A DNA stretch of 64,000 nucleotides from Polyangiaceae bacterium. Its GTDB lineage: Bacteria; Myxococcota_A; Polyangia; Polyangiales; Polyangiaceae. This document shows positions 7,401 through 15,764 of the stretch, piece after piece (the first letter of the stretch is position 1; the number at the start of each line of letters is the position of its first letter). The notes beneath the pieces were generated by a model. That model saw only the letters and a program-made list of their open reading frames with translations, made no database searches and had not been told where the DNA came from. Where the stretch lies: the NCBI GenBank assembly GCA_033763455.1, contig JANRKO010000038.1, forward strand, positions 1 through 64,000, in the 5' to 3' direction. Made by a program: the position numbers and the translations under genes.

Positions 7401-10400
7401 GCCGCAAGTCCTTCTTTGCTTCCCCTCGAGCATTCAGAATTCGTACTCCAGCTAACACCCATTGCGTGTCATCCACGCGAGTCAAACTGCCGCGTGGGCG
7501 CCCTAGGCCATCAGAAAGCGCTTCCCCATGCTGAATGGGCGCTGTTTCAACGCCCGTGCGCGATTCCGTCACCACCCGTGAGAGCGGTGCGCCCGGAATG
7601 TAACGATAGGTGGTGGTGGGTGCATCGGCAGGGTCGCCCGGAGCGAATACCCGCACCACGCGGCCCAGCGGATCATATTCGTACCGCCGCGTTTGCCCGT
7701 TGTATTCAGTAGCGGTGAGCAGAGTACCAAAACGCGGATCGTAAGTTGCGTGTTCGGTAAGGTCGACGGCCGATTCCAGCTTCACCTTCTCGCTCGTGAG
7801 GCCCGTGTGGTGCACCGGATCCCACTCGAATATTCGGCCACCGCCGCGAGCGTCTTTCGTTTCTATCGGCAGCCCATCGCTGTTGTAGCGAGTGGCAGTG
7901 ACCATTTCGAACTCGGTTGCGGAAGGCCCGACCCATTCCTCTTGGCGTACTAAATCACCGCGTGTGATTTGCTCCAGGGGCAAGCCCACGAAAGGCTCGC
8001 CATCGTAGTAGTTGCGCTTGAGCGCGCGGCGTGTGCCGTCCGCTTCGGTGACCTCTTCCGTTGCAACGAATCCAAACAGCCATTCTGCCGGATCGTTGGC
8101 AAAAGTACGCTGGATGAGCGTTTCATCGTTGCCATGAAGTCGATCCTCTCCGCGGACCTCCCCCCAGCGTTTCTCTCGGATCACGTTGCCGTAGGCATCC
8201 TGCTCCCACTCCGTGAGCGTCTCGCGAATGGCCGACGCAACCGCACCCTCTACGTGTTGGACGCGCTCGGCAGAAGCATAGCCGTAGTGAACAACGCCGC
8301 CGTCGAGGGCTGTTTCAAGCGTTACCTCTTGATAACTTGCGATCTTTCTTTGAAATACCTTTCCCGTTTCGTCACGCACCTCGACCAAGCTGGGAGCGCC
8401 ACGCAGGGCGTGCGTGGTGAGGCCCATATTGAAGGTAGTCTCGGAAAGAAGCGTCGGAGAAAATTCATCGCCGACCTCCTTTTGGATCCCGGCGCCGAAC
8501 CCCGCAAAAGTGCGCTCGTTCGGATCCCATGCTCCATCTCGATAAATAAACTCCGTCACGAGCGGCGGATCCCCCAATCCTGAATCTGTGGTTATCCGGC
8601 TCACGACTGGTAAACCAGCGTTGACTCGGGTGGTCCAAGGCTTGCCTGCGCTCCGTGCACTCGCGGCAAACGAAGCCGCTGTGGTGTAGCTAATGGTCGT
8701 TACCTTGCCGAGGCCATTGTCGATCTTCTGAAGGAGGCCGGCCCGACCTTCTGGGAACAATTCGAGGTATTGCCAGGCTTTTTCAGGCCCTAGCGTGGGG
8801 TCGACCCAAACAATATCTGTGCTGCCGGAGCTGTTGATATCAACGAAAAAGCTCGCTCCATTCGGACCTTTTTCGGGCGTTCCGGACAGCGTCTGCAACG
8901 CGTCAAAGTTCCCAATCGCGTTTGCTAACGCGTACGAGACGCTCGTGGTGCCAACGCGCACCAGATCGTCCCACCCGTCCCCGTCAAGATCGACGAGCTG
9001 AAATGGCGCGGCGACGTCAAATGCTGGCACACCTGTGGCTACGCGCGCAGCTTCGAAGCGGCCACGCCCTCGACCTAAGTAATACGAGAGCCCCTCCGAA
9101 CGCAGGTGGCAGATATCCTGCACGCGGTCCCCGTTAATATCGCACAGCGTCGTTTGCCCGTCTGAGAAACGGAGAGGCTGTGTGGCGTCTATCTTTCCGA
9201 CCGTAACCGGTGGCGCCCAATCTTTCCCACTAAGGTTGTAAGAAATGGCCAACCCAGCGTCGGTGGTGATCACGGCATCCGTGCGCCGGTCCCCGTCCAT
9301 ATCAGCCAAGCGCACATCCGGATCCTCGAAGGAAAAGGCGGGCACAGTTGCAATAGCGACAGCTGAGCCGAATTCACCCGCATTTTTCCCGGGCAAGTAG
9401 CGAAAATCTGCGGTGCCGCTCTTCACCACCAGATCGATCGCGGCATCGCCATCTATATCCGCCAACTGGACGCCCACGCTGCCGAGCGAAACCGAAGGGC
9501 TGTTACCCGGAGCGAAATCTTGCGGAGGCAACCAACTTTGGCCATCTTGATTCACGTACGTACGGAAGCTTCCGGCGGCTCCCACCACGAGATCCGGCAG
9601 CCCATCTCCGTTGAGATCCGCGAACTCCACTCCCGCCTCACGGGGAGACCGACCTGGCGGATCCTGCATCGCCTTGACGCCTTGGGCGCTGAGGGTTGCC
9701 TCCGTGTACGCGAGTGAAAGCTCGGGCGCCGCGGTAACCCCATCGGCTCCCACAAGCTTAATGTGCGTGAGGTGCGCGTGCGTGCCAGCCGAATATTCGA
9801 GGGAGTAGCGCCGCACGAGAGCGCCACCGTAGGTAACTTCAATCTGACTGAGCTGCTTTTCGATCAGCTGGCGAATGCCCGCCGAGTACAACTCATAACG
9901 GCTCTGGCCGGGCGAGTAAGAAAGCTCAATTTTTGCCGTAGATTCAGGCGAAAATGCGTTCCACACCACGCTCGTGAGGAGCGCATAACCACTTGCAGTG
10001 TCCCACACGTAAGCAATGCGATGGCCGTGCAGATCGAGCTGTTCACGCAAGAGGTAGCTGACAACTTTCCCGGATCCTTCTTCGGTGTAGCCGTCACCCC
10101 CGAAGCGATACGTCACACCATTTTTGGTGCGGGCTTCGAAAACCTTTCCATCTGCTGAGCGCTTCACGCGCACGAACGCACCGGATTCCTGCTCCGGCCG
10201 GAACACCCCTGGCGCGACCTCTAGCAATGCCGACGGCAAGCCGAGCCCCACCAATTCAAAGCGATCCGATGCATCGAAACGAGGCACTCCATCAGTCGTG
10301 CGGAGGCGCACCTTGGGTAAACCTCCCAAACGAAAGCCCATGCCCAACTCGCTCACGCCGCCCCCGCCATCGTACTCTAGGGAGAGTGCAGGGCCGAAAC

Positions 10401-10623
10401 CTGCCGCTGCGGGTGGGACCGCGATATCCAAGCCGAAGCTTGCCGTGCCGGCGGCGAGCGACGCCGTAAAGCTTCGCCCCAAACCCTCAATCGAACCAGG
10501 GCCCTTTGGCAGGCTGATTTTCGTTGGATCTACGCCGCTGGCTCGCAAGGGCGACGCCAAAAGGAATACGAAGCATGCGAAAATCCAGGTCGAAAGCACT
10601 CTCAAGATGATTGAACGTTTCAT
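4489..10623 (-). CDS. Sec-signal TcB/TcC-like polymorphic toxin: SpvB N-domain, FG-GAP/VCBS repeats, TcdB-mid region, YD/RHS repeats, RHS core, URI-fold-like nuclease tip
   Basis: Signal peptide MKRSIILR...PLRA; ISLPKGPGSIEGLG (SpvB); DLNGDGLPD, DMDGDRRTD and DINGDRVQD repeats; GLLQKIDNGLG; many YDxxGR repeats; tip YQTYTK...YSGRTSG...IRGREQQLID...N. Confidence 0.9.
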   Translation of the reverse strand: MKRSIILRVLSTWIFACFVFLLASPLRASGVDPTKISLPKGPGSIEGLGRSFTASLAAGTASFGLDIAVPPAAAGFGPALSLEYDGGGGVSELGMGFRLGGLPKVRLRTTDGVPRFDASDRFELVGLGLPSALLEVAPGVFRPEQESGAFVRVKRSADGKVFEARTKNGVTYRFGGDGYTEEGSGKVVSYLLREQLDLHGHRIAYVWDTASGYALLTSVVWNAFSPESTAKIELSYSPGQSRYELYSAGIRQLIEKQLSQIEVTYGGALVRRYSLEYSAGTHAHLTHIKLVGADGVTAAPELSLAYTEATLSAQGVKAMQDPPGRSPREAGVEFADLNGDGLPDLVVGAAGSFRTYVNQDGQSWLPPQDFAPGNSPSVSLGSVGVQLADIDGDAAIDLVVKSGTADFRYLPGKNAGEFGSAVAIATVPAFSFEDPDVRLADMDGDRRTDAVITTDAGLAISYNLSGKDWAPPVTVGKIDATQPLRFSDGQTTLCDINGDRVQDICHLRSEGLSYYLGRGRGRFEAARVATGVPAFDVAAPFQLVDLDGDGWDDLVRVGTTSVSYALANAIGNFDALQTLSGTPEKGPNGASFFVDINSSGSTDIVWVDPTLGPEKAWQYLELFPEGRAGLLQKIDNGLGKVTTISYTTAASFAASARSAGKPWTTRVNAGLPVVSRITTDSGLGDPPLVTEFIYRDGAWDPNERTFAGFGAGIQKEVGDEFSPTLLSETTFNMGLTTHALRGAPSLVEVRDETGKVFQRKIASYQEVTLETALDGGVVHYGYASAERVQHVEGAVASAIRETLTEWEQDAYGNVIREKRWGEVRGEDRLHGNDETLIQRTFANDPAEWLFGFVATEEVTEADGTRRALKRNYYDGEPFVGLPLEQITRGDLVRQEEWVGPSATEFEMVTATRYNSDGLPIETKDARGGGRIFEWDPVHHTGLTSEKVKLESAVDLTEHATYDPRFGTLLTATEYNGQTRRYEYDPLGRVVRVFAPGDPADAPTTTYRYIPGAPLSRVVTESRTGVETAPIQHGEALSDGLGRPRGSLTRVDDTQWVLAGVRILNARGEAKKDLRPRFIPNAIAEDPKLSGALLEDGRGSTTYADALGRVVRAVSPSGIETRAEYAPLQKKTWDGGQLDASAGYELTPTIAELDGQGREVQSLRTLKGQVLAAKARFDAAGRLVSRTDPEGNTASYEYDGRGRRTAVHDPDLGTHTNIWDPTGNLIERRRPDGTIIRYNFDLAGRLVSEDWGADGTLDVEETWDVAPSAPEDLRFRGKLVRAKDATATAEFTYDERSRITETRLAIMGQSFVTKSQFDNLDREVLHTYPDGSSIRIGRNSRGQLAEYGDALKVTYGGDGLEQERRFNTGVLQKFDFDADDRLTEQRILSANGSLVEHLKWTFDPGGNLTGVEDRRPDITPDLDRSETYHYDNLYRLTGVDGRWGNTSWTYSPTGNLLSRKSTIPGQTALVLTYGNGMRPHVPATIDGQALSFDAMGRLTNEGGRSYRWNNVDQLEEVTNADGSSVRNHFDREGVRRVRVEKAASGQESKVVFIDQWSEVRDGKLERYIVHADKRVAKLAAGNGVAGAGLVGGSTAGDAAGGKTGAFGHFGIWFAQVAATGYLFLAPLLLVVLGWHYRRRLLWPVRLAFAVLTLLAVSACGSDSPKAAVPGGSVQVLTAEDTLIFSDPLGSVLVETSGNGEVRGRFASYPYGVSRYDSSSEISKYATGIRDKTASLDQMGARFYSHQLGFWISGDPVAVDEPERYLGAEFGAANPYAYANLTPMVARDSKGEFWQILVGAGVGALVGGGLEAFRQYSESGSVSDFGRVAAATGGGCVAGAVFAFLPAAGLGEAMLTGGLATAAGGLTERGIASGGNDFGTLHQVASDASMGAASGGALRGTVKVVTAAGARSAKPATVLSSESAWQAQYKASRTGGGSKTYQTYTKTNPTTGEVYSGRTSGTGTPEQNIARRDTNHHMNEQGFGPAQLDKSSANKSAIRGREQQLIDANGGAKSRGGTSGNAINGISPSNPKKSAYIEAAKKEFEQ
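5230..6035. repeat. RHS-core homology block, copy 1 (inside the full-length toxin; boundaries approximate)
   Basis: Direct repeat of the two orphan 5' regions. Confidence 0.9.
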
Positions 10624-12251
10624 CCGCTCAATGTCTCTGCCGCAACCCCAGGTATGCCGTCGTTGGTCCCCGCCAGTCCACCATCGCCCTTGGCACCAGG
10701 TGTTCCGGGAGTAATCGTCGTGTCCATACGTGTTGGCTCGGTGCCCGTATAAACGATTCCCACCGACAAGCCTCCGGCTCCGCCGCCGCCTGGGCCGCCA
10801 GCGCCGCCAGGAGCGCCTGCTCCACCGTCGCAGCCCGACATGTAGCCCTTGCCACGCAGCCCCCCGCTTTGCCCCACTTGCCCCGCCGCTCCATCTCCGC
10901 CCTTGCCGCCATTCTTAGCTATCAACTCACACCCTTTCAGATTAACGATAGAGTTGACAGATAGGAGCGGAATGCTTCCTCCCCCGCCCTTTCCTCCGGA
11001 CCCGAGCGCTCCACCACAGCCACCGCAAGCACCACTCCCACCGCCGCCATCGGCCTTGCCCGCGCCTCCGCCTCCACCTTGACCAGGCTTGCCGGGCGTT
11101 CCGTCTGTACCGGAGCCCGGCTGCCAGAGGTTGGACGAGATGGAGCCGACACTACTTGCGCCGACACCTGGCGTACCAGCGGAGCCAGCGGTACCGACCC
11201 TTCCGCCGCCGCCGCCCCCACAGTCCGCCATTGTATCCCCCTCATTGCTGGCCACAGGAGTAGTGGCAGGAGATGAAGACCCCTTGCCACCGTTTGCATC
11301 CTGACTTCCACCGGACCCCCCCTTAGTGGTCCCCCCGCCCACGCAAACGCAAGCTTCAGGCATCAAGCCACCCGCTAGGCCGGTGGCGTCAACGCCCTTC
11401 AACGCCGGGAGGCTAAAGTCATAGCTTGCTAGGCCACCAGGCGCACCATCAGCACCATTGCCCGCCGTTAACTTAACTCGGGTCAATGTGACATTCATCG
11501 AATCCACGACGCGCGCAACGATGCTCGACTTGCCCGCTGTTGCGTTCTTCGCTTCAAATTCGAAGTCTTCAATACTCACGACCGCAGTCATCGCGCTTAC
11601 GTCCAACGCCAACCCCTCATTCGTTGGCACCACCTTCGCTCGCGCCGCCGCCCCATAACTCCACGGCGTCGCCGACCCGGGACACGCAAAGCCTCCGTAC
11701 ATCACCACGCCAGCGTTCACCACAAGCGACTCAGCGTACGTTCCTGCACACGCATACACGCGCTTATTCTGTTCTTGAGCCAAAGTTACGGCTTTAGCCA
11801 GTGTCTTCACAGGTTTCACTTTCGTCCCCGCACCGGTATCGCTACCGCTCGGCGCCACGAAAATGCCGTACAAATCGTCAGTCACGCACGCATCTTCCGA
11901 CGGCTGCTTGGTTCCGTCACACGGTGGCGGCAACGCTCCGCCCGCGCCGCCGCTCATGTTCGTGGCTCCGCCCAGCGAGCTCATTCCGCCGCTTGCGCTT
12001 CCGCCAACGCTCATCCCGCTTCCCCCAACGCTCGCTCCGCTTCCACCCACCGCCGACATTCCGCCAGGGGTTCCGGATTGGCCTGCGCCACCCCCAGAAC
12101 CTTTGCCGCCAACACCTGGTGGCGCTGCGCGAAACGGCCCGCTGGGGCACTCCTTGCTCGAATCTTCGCAGGTACCGGAGAGGCACGCTTGGGCCAACAA
12201 GGCCGGCGCGGCGAGCAGGGGAACCAACACCAAAACGTTACGTATACGCAT
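10620..12251 (-). CDS. Gly-rich (PGRS-like) lipoprotein with a DUF1565/beta-helix-like segment
   Basis: Lipobox LLAQAC; GIFVAPSGSD..AGT...PVKTL..AV motif; long GGxGG tracts; its stop overlaps the toxin ATG (ATGA). Confidence 0.75.
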   Translation of the reverse strand: MRIRNVLVLVPLLAAPALLAQACLSGTCEDSSKECPSGPFRAAPPGVGGKGSGGGAGQSGTPGGMSAVGGSGASVGGSGMSVGGSASGGMSSLGGATNMSGGAGGALPPPCDGTKQPSEDACVTDDLYGIFVAPSGSDTGAGTKVKPVKTLAKAVTLAQEQNKRVYACAGTYAESLVVNAGVVMYGGFACPGSATPWSYGAAARAKVVPTNEGLALDVSAMTAVVSIEDFEFEAKNATAGKSSIVARVVDSMNVTLTRVKLTAGNGADGAPGGLASYDFSLPALKGVDATGLAGGLMPEACVCVGGGTTKGGSGGSQDANGGKGSSSPATTPVASNEGDTMADCGGGGGGRVGTAGSAGTPGVGASSVGSISSNLWQPGSGTDGTPGKPGQGGGGGAGKADGGGGSGACGGCGGALGSGGKGGGGSIPLLSVNSIVNLKGCELIAKNGGKGGDGAAGQVGQSGGLRGKGYMSGCDGGAGAPGGAGGPGGGGAGGLSVGIVYTGTEPTRMDTTITPGTPGAKGDGGLAGTNDGIPGVAAETLSG

Positions 12252-12331
12252 AACCGCCTCCAGATGGATGATTGTTACTAGAGGAAGGTCCGACGATCCA
12301 GTTTCTGAAAAAGACCTGGTTAATCTGCGCC

Positions 12332-12682
12332 CTATTCGCTCGTGAGCCCAAGGAACAACTCGAGGCCTTGGTCGAGGGCCGCGAGCTCGTCCTTTGCGAT
12401 ACGCCCGAACACCCGCCGTATGCGGCGCTTGTCGACCGAGCGTAGATGATCGATAAGGGCGTAAGAGATCTTCGTCAGACCACTCTTGCCTGGAGAGAGC
12501 TCAGGGTAGAGCGCCCCATCGCCCTGAGTGCCAGTGATCGGCACGACCGCGATGAGCGGGAAGCGTTGATCGGCGTTGACCGCAGGGTCGCTAACCGCAA
12601 CGCATGGGCGCGTGCCGCGCTGCTCGTGGCCGACGGTCGGATCTAGCTCGACGAGAACAACGGACCCACGATCGACGATCAC
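12332..12682 (-). CDS. PemK/MazF-family type II toxin (endoribonuclease)
   Basis: RGSVVLVELDPTVGHEQRGTRPCVAVS...VVPIT...DHLRSVDKRRI; GTG start overlaps the antitoxin stop (GTGA). Confidence 0.9.
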   Translation of the reverse strand: MIVDRGSVVLVELDPTVGHEQRGTRPCVAVSDPAVNADQRFPLIAVVPITGTQGDGALYPELSPGKSGLTKISYALIDHLRSVDKRRIRRVFGRIAKDELAALDQGLELFLGLTSE

Positions 12683-12981
12683 GCCGAATCCTCTACCCAG
12701 CCATGGCCCTCGACCCATCGCACCGGCTTACCAGCAGACTCGTCGACCAAGCCCTCATCATCCGGCGGCAGGCTCACGCCCCAGTCGGCGAGCCCTGTTT
12801 CGGCAAGCTCGGCAGCCTCCGCGTGAGGGCTTGCAAGTGACCGGAGTAGCCCCTCTCGCCGTCGCCGAACGAGCTCGTGCTCGACGGCCTCGGTAATGAA
12901 GCGGCTTCGGTTCCGCTCGAAGCGATCGATACCCTCGACGAGGTCGATCGGCAGGGTGACGGTGACTCGCTCAGTAGCCAT
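12679..12981 (-). CDS. RHH/CopG-type antitoxin
   Basis: RVTVTLPIDLVEGIDRFERNRSRFITEAV; acidic C-terminus; lies directly upstream of the MazF-like gene. Confidence 0.8.
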   Translation of the reverse strand: MATERVTVTLPIDLVEGIDRFERNRSRFITEAVEHELVRRRREGLLRSLASPHAEAAELAETGLADWGVSLPPDDEGLVDESAGKPVRWVEGHGWVEDSA

Positions 12982-13143
12982 GGATTCTCGGATATGCATC
13001 AGGATATGATCATACCGATCTTCGCGCAACCCCTAAACCGCGGCCCTCTTTTGCAGCCGAGGGCCTGTGAGGCCCGGAGACGGCGTTTGGCAGGCGAACC
13101 GCGCCACCGCCCCGACCACCCCACCCACCAATTTCAAGACTGA

Positions 13144-13728
13144 CTAAGCGTCAGACACTTTTGGCAGGAACAGGCGCCCAATCTCGAGCTCGATGGCCTC
13201 GAACGGCGGAATGCGAGCGGTCGCTGCATCGCCCCACGCACCAACTTCAAGCCAACGCCCTTCGCGCAACTCAAGGGCTTCCAGGATTCGCGCCTCGGGA
13301 TCAATAATCCAATAGTGGGCAACACCATGGCGTGCGTAGAGAGCGCGCTTGTCAACACGATCGCGTGCTTCGCTTGATGGCGAAGTGATTTCGCAAACCC
13401 AGTCCGGCGGCGTTAAGATCGGACGGGCGGCACCAGGATCGGCGAGCCTTTCGCGGCGCCATCCCGAGAGATCAGGCCTTACGACATCGTGAACACCAAG
13501 CTGAACGTCGACCTCGACAAAGATCCACCAGCCGCCTGGGCCACCGCGCCCGTCGTCATCGTGAAAAGGCCCCCCAACGAACCGCCCCAGCGCGCGCTGA
13601 GAATTTGAATGTCGGGGGAGAGACGCTGGCGAGGTAACGACACGCCCGCCCAGGATCTCCGCCCGCGCATCTTCCGGCAGTTCAAGGAGGTTTTGAAAGG
13701 TGGCCAGAGCCTCTGCCGCCAGCGACAT
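13144..13728 (-). CDS. Uma2-family (DUF820) PD-(D/E)XK endonuclease-like protein
   Basis: RAEILGG...PDLSGWRRER...PDWVCEITSPS...DRVDK..LYARHGV.HYWIIDP; start refined to the ATG at 13728. Confidence 0.9.
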   Translation of the reverse strand: MSLAAEALATFQNLLELPEDARAEILGGRVVTSPASLPRHSNSQRALGRFVGGPFHDDDGRGGPGGWWIFVEVDVQLGVHDVVRPDLSGWRRERLADPGAARPILTPPDWVCEITSPSSEARDRVDKRALYARHGVAHYWIIDPEARILEALELREGRWLEVGAWGDAATARIPPFEAIELEIGRLFLPKVSDA

Positions 13729-14040
13729 CCCCAAGTAGCTAGCACAACAGGGCGACACCGCACACGCCCAGCCCCACACAGACCCTTTAGGGCCGCTTCG
13801 CCTTGGGGTGCGCCAACACGTTAAACCCCTCGATTGCGGCGGCATTCGCGAGACGATCGTCGAAGCACACGAAAGCATGGCCGGCGGGCGCTTCCGACAC
13901 GGCTAGTAGCGCGGCCGCCAGTTGCAGGGCGTCCGCAGCCCCTGCCTCCTATGCCGAGAGTTTCGCGATGTTGGCTAGCCACGGCGTCATTGAACCCGCG
14001 CTCGCTCAGCGTAAAAGCTCCGCGCAGCTGTTTTCAGCGT

Positions 14041-15741
14041 TCAGTGCGCACTTCTGGAACCTGCGTTTGCGAAGCGACGCCCCATCCAAATCCCAAGCCC
14101 CAGCAGCCCAACCAACGCCCACCGCCCGCCGTTCGAACGTGCCCCACCCTGTGCAGAGCAGCCGCCGTCTCCACTGGACGCACGCGGGACGGTTTCGTTG
14201 TAGGCATTCACGCTGGAAAGGATCATGCTTGAGTTGTCTTCGAGCACCTGCCCGGTGCCCGCTTCGGCTTGGCGAAGGATCCTTTGATTGGCGGGAGCGT
14301 CGTTTAGAACGGTAGGCCAGGTTCCAATGTTGCTTGGCCAACCGCGGAGTACTCCACCTTTTGGCAATTCAATACGCCAGGGGGCATCCGACACCGTGTA
14401 CGCAGGAGAACATTCGATGATGCGTTCAGCCGTATGCAGGTTGCTGACGGGAGGGAGCTCGGCGTTGAACCCAAACAGAGGGTCCACCGTCATTTCGTCA
14501 GCTGAGAGAGTGGAGTAAAAGCGGGTGATATGCGGGTGGGCGTTAATTAGCTGTTGGACCACCCGCATGGGCTGGATCACCGCGGCGTCGAGGGCAGACA
14601 GGAACTCCGCGGTATTGAACGTGGCACCGCAGAAAGTGCACGTTCTCAGGAAGTCATCTGCCGTGCCGGCCTGCACCGTGACGTGCTTTTTAACCACATC
14701 CCAAAACCCATCCATGCCACCGTACTGATTGCGCACATTGTTGAAGATTTCATCGGGCAAAAGCCCTGGCGATTGCCGAAACTGCTGCCAATTCGCCTCC
14801 TCGGAGGCACTCCAAATGGCCTCCTTCAAGTTGGAGGAAGGCTGAGCGTATTCGGTGACGAAGCCTTGGCCTCCGGCATCATTGGCGGCAGCGGTCACCA
14901 CGTCGTTGTAGTTCGCTGAGGCGTTGAACCAATTGATGCGGGCCTCATTCAGCTCAAGGGCGTTGTAATTTTTGGGGATAGCCTGAGCCTCGCCCAGCAC
15001 CCAGGCCATAACACCCATGTTCTCATTGGCCGCAACGGCCGTGAGCTTGATAGGGATCATGGGGTAGGTGGCGTCGTACGTGAGCACGAGAGGGCGAATG
15101 GAGCCCGTGTCTGCACCTTTTACGAGGCGGAGCGCCAAGAGCTTCAAGCCGTCGGCAAGGTAGGGGCCAAGCAAAGCTTTTGCACCGGGTGGAACATCAT
15201 ACCCATTCGCCGTGAGCCAATTGACGGCGGCATCTGCGGGATCGGGGAGGCTTGCTTCGAGGGAAATGACGGTCCATTCGAAGGAGCCTACGATGCCCAT
15301 GGCTTCAACGTTGACACCAGGGCCCTTGGTGGAATCAGCCCCAGGAGCGGAAACAGCAACATTTGCAGTACCTCGAAGCACTTGGTTGTCCGTTTTGCAC
15401 TGTCCCTCGACACGGGTAGTTAAGCTGTATTGAGGGTTGGTAGCTTGTTGAAGGCGTTGGAACGCAACGTTGGAGGCTACGGCAATCTGATTGCCCACCG
15501 GAACCGTGGAAATCGGCAAGAGCCAGGAGAAGTTCTTTGAGGGGCCTTGATATTGGATCTCAATCACGGCAGTGACCGTGCCGTCGTTATTCTTTGAGAA
15601 GATAATGCGCTCGGCAGCCTGATTCACCGGCTGCACCTGCGAACAGAAGAACCCACCACAAGCAAGCGCTTCGCTCGGCAACGCGAGTGTGCCAAAAGCC
15701 AAGAGCCCACAAGCTGCCCACTTGCCGATTGAGAATTTCAT
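14041..15741 (-). CDS. DUF2330-domain secreted protein with a MYXO-CTERM-like tail
   Basis: Signal ending ALA-CGGFFC; VNQAAERIIF; FSWLLP; WLTANGY; C-terminal GGC-linker-TM-RR; start 15741 or 15762. Confidence 0.85.
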   Translation of the reverse strand: MKFSIGKWAACGLLAFGTLALPSEALACGGFFCSQVQPVNQAAERIIFSKNNDGTVTAVIEIQYQGPSKNFSWLLPISTVPVGNQIAVASNVAFQRLQQATNPQYSLTTRVEGQCKTDNQVLRGTANVAVSAPGADSTKGPGVNVEAMGIVGSFEWTVISLEASLPDPADAAVNWLTANGYDVPPGAKALLGPYLADGLKLLALRLVKGADTGSIRPLVLTYDATYPMIPIKLTAVAANENMGVMAWVLGEAQAIPKNYNALELNEARINWFNASANYNDVVTAAANDAGGQGFVTEYAQPSSNLKEAIWSASEEANWQQFRQSPGLLPDEIFNNVRNQYGGMDGFWDVVKKHVTVQAGTADDFLRTCTFCGATFNTAEFLSALDAAVIQPMRVVQQLINAHPHITRFYSTLSADEMTVDPLFGFNAELPPVSNLHTAERIIECSPAYTVSDAPWRIELPKGGVLRGWPSNIGTWPTVLNDAPANQRILRQAEAGTGQVLEDNSSMILSSVNAYNETVPRASSGDGGCSAQGGARSNGGRWALVGLLGLGIWMGRRFANAGSRSAH

Positions 15742-15764
15742 AGACGCCGTCCTAAATGCCAAGG

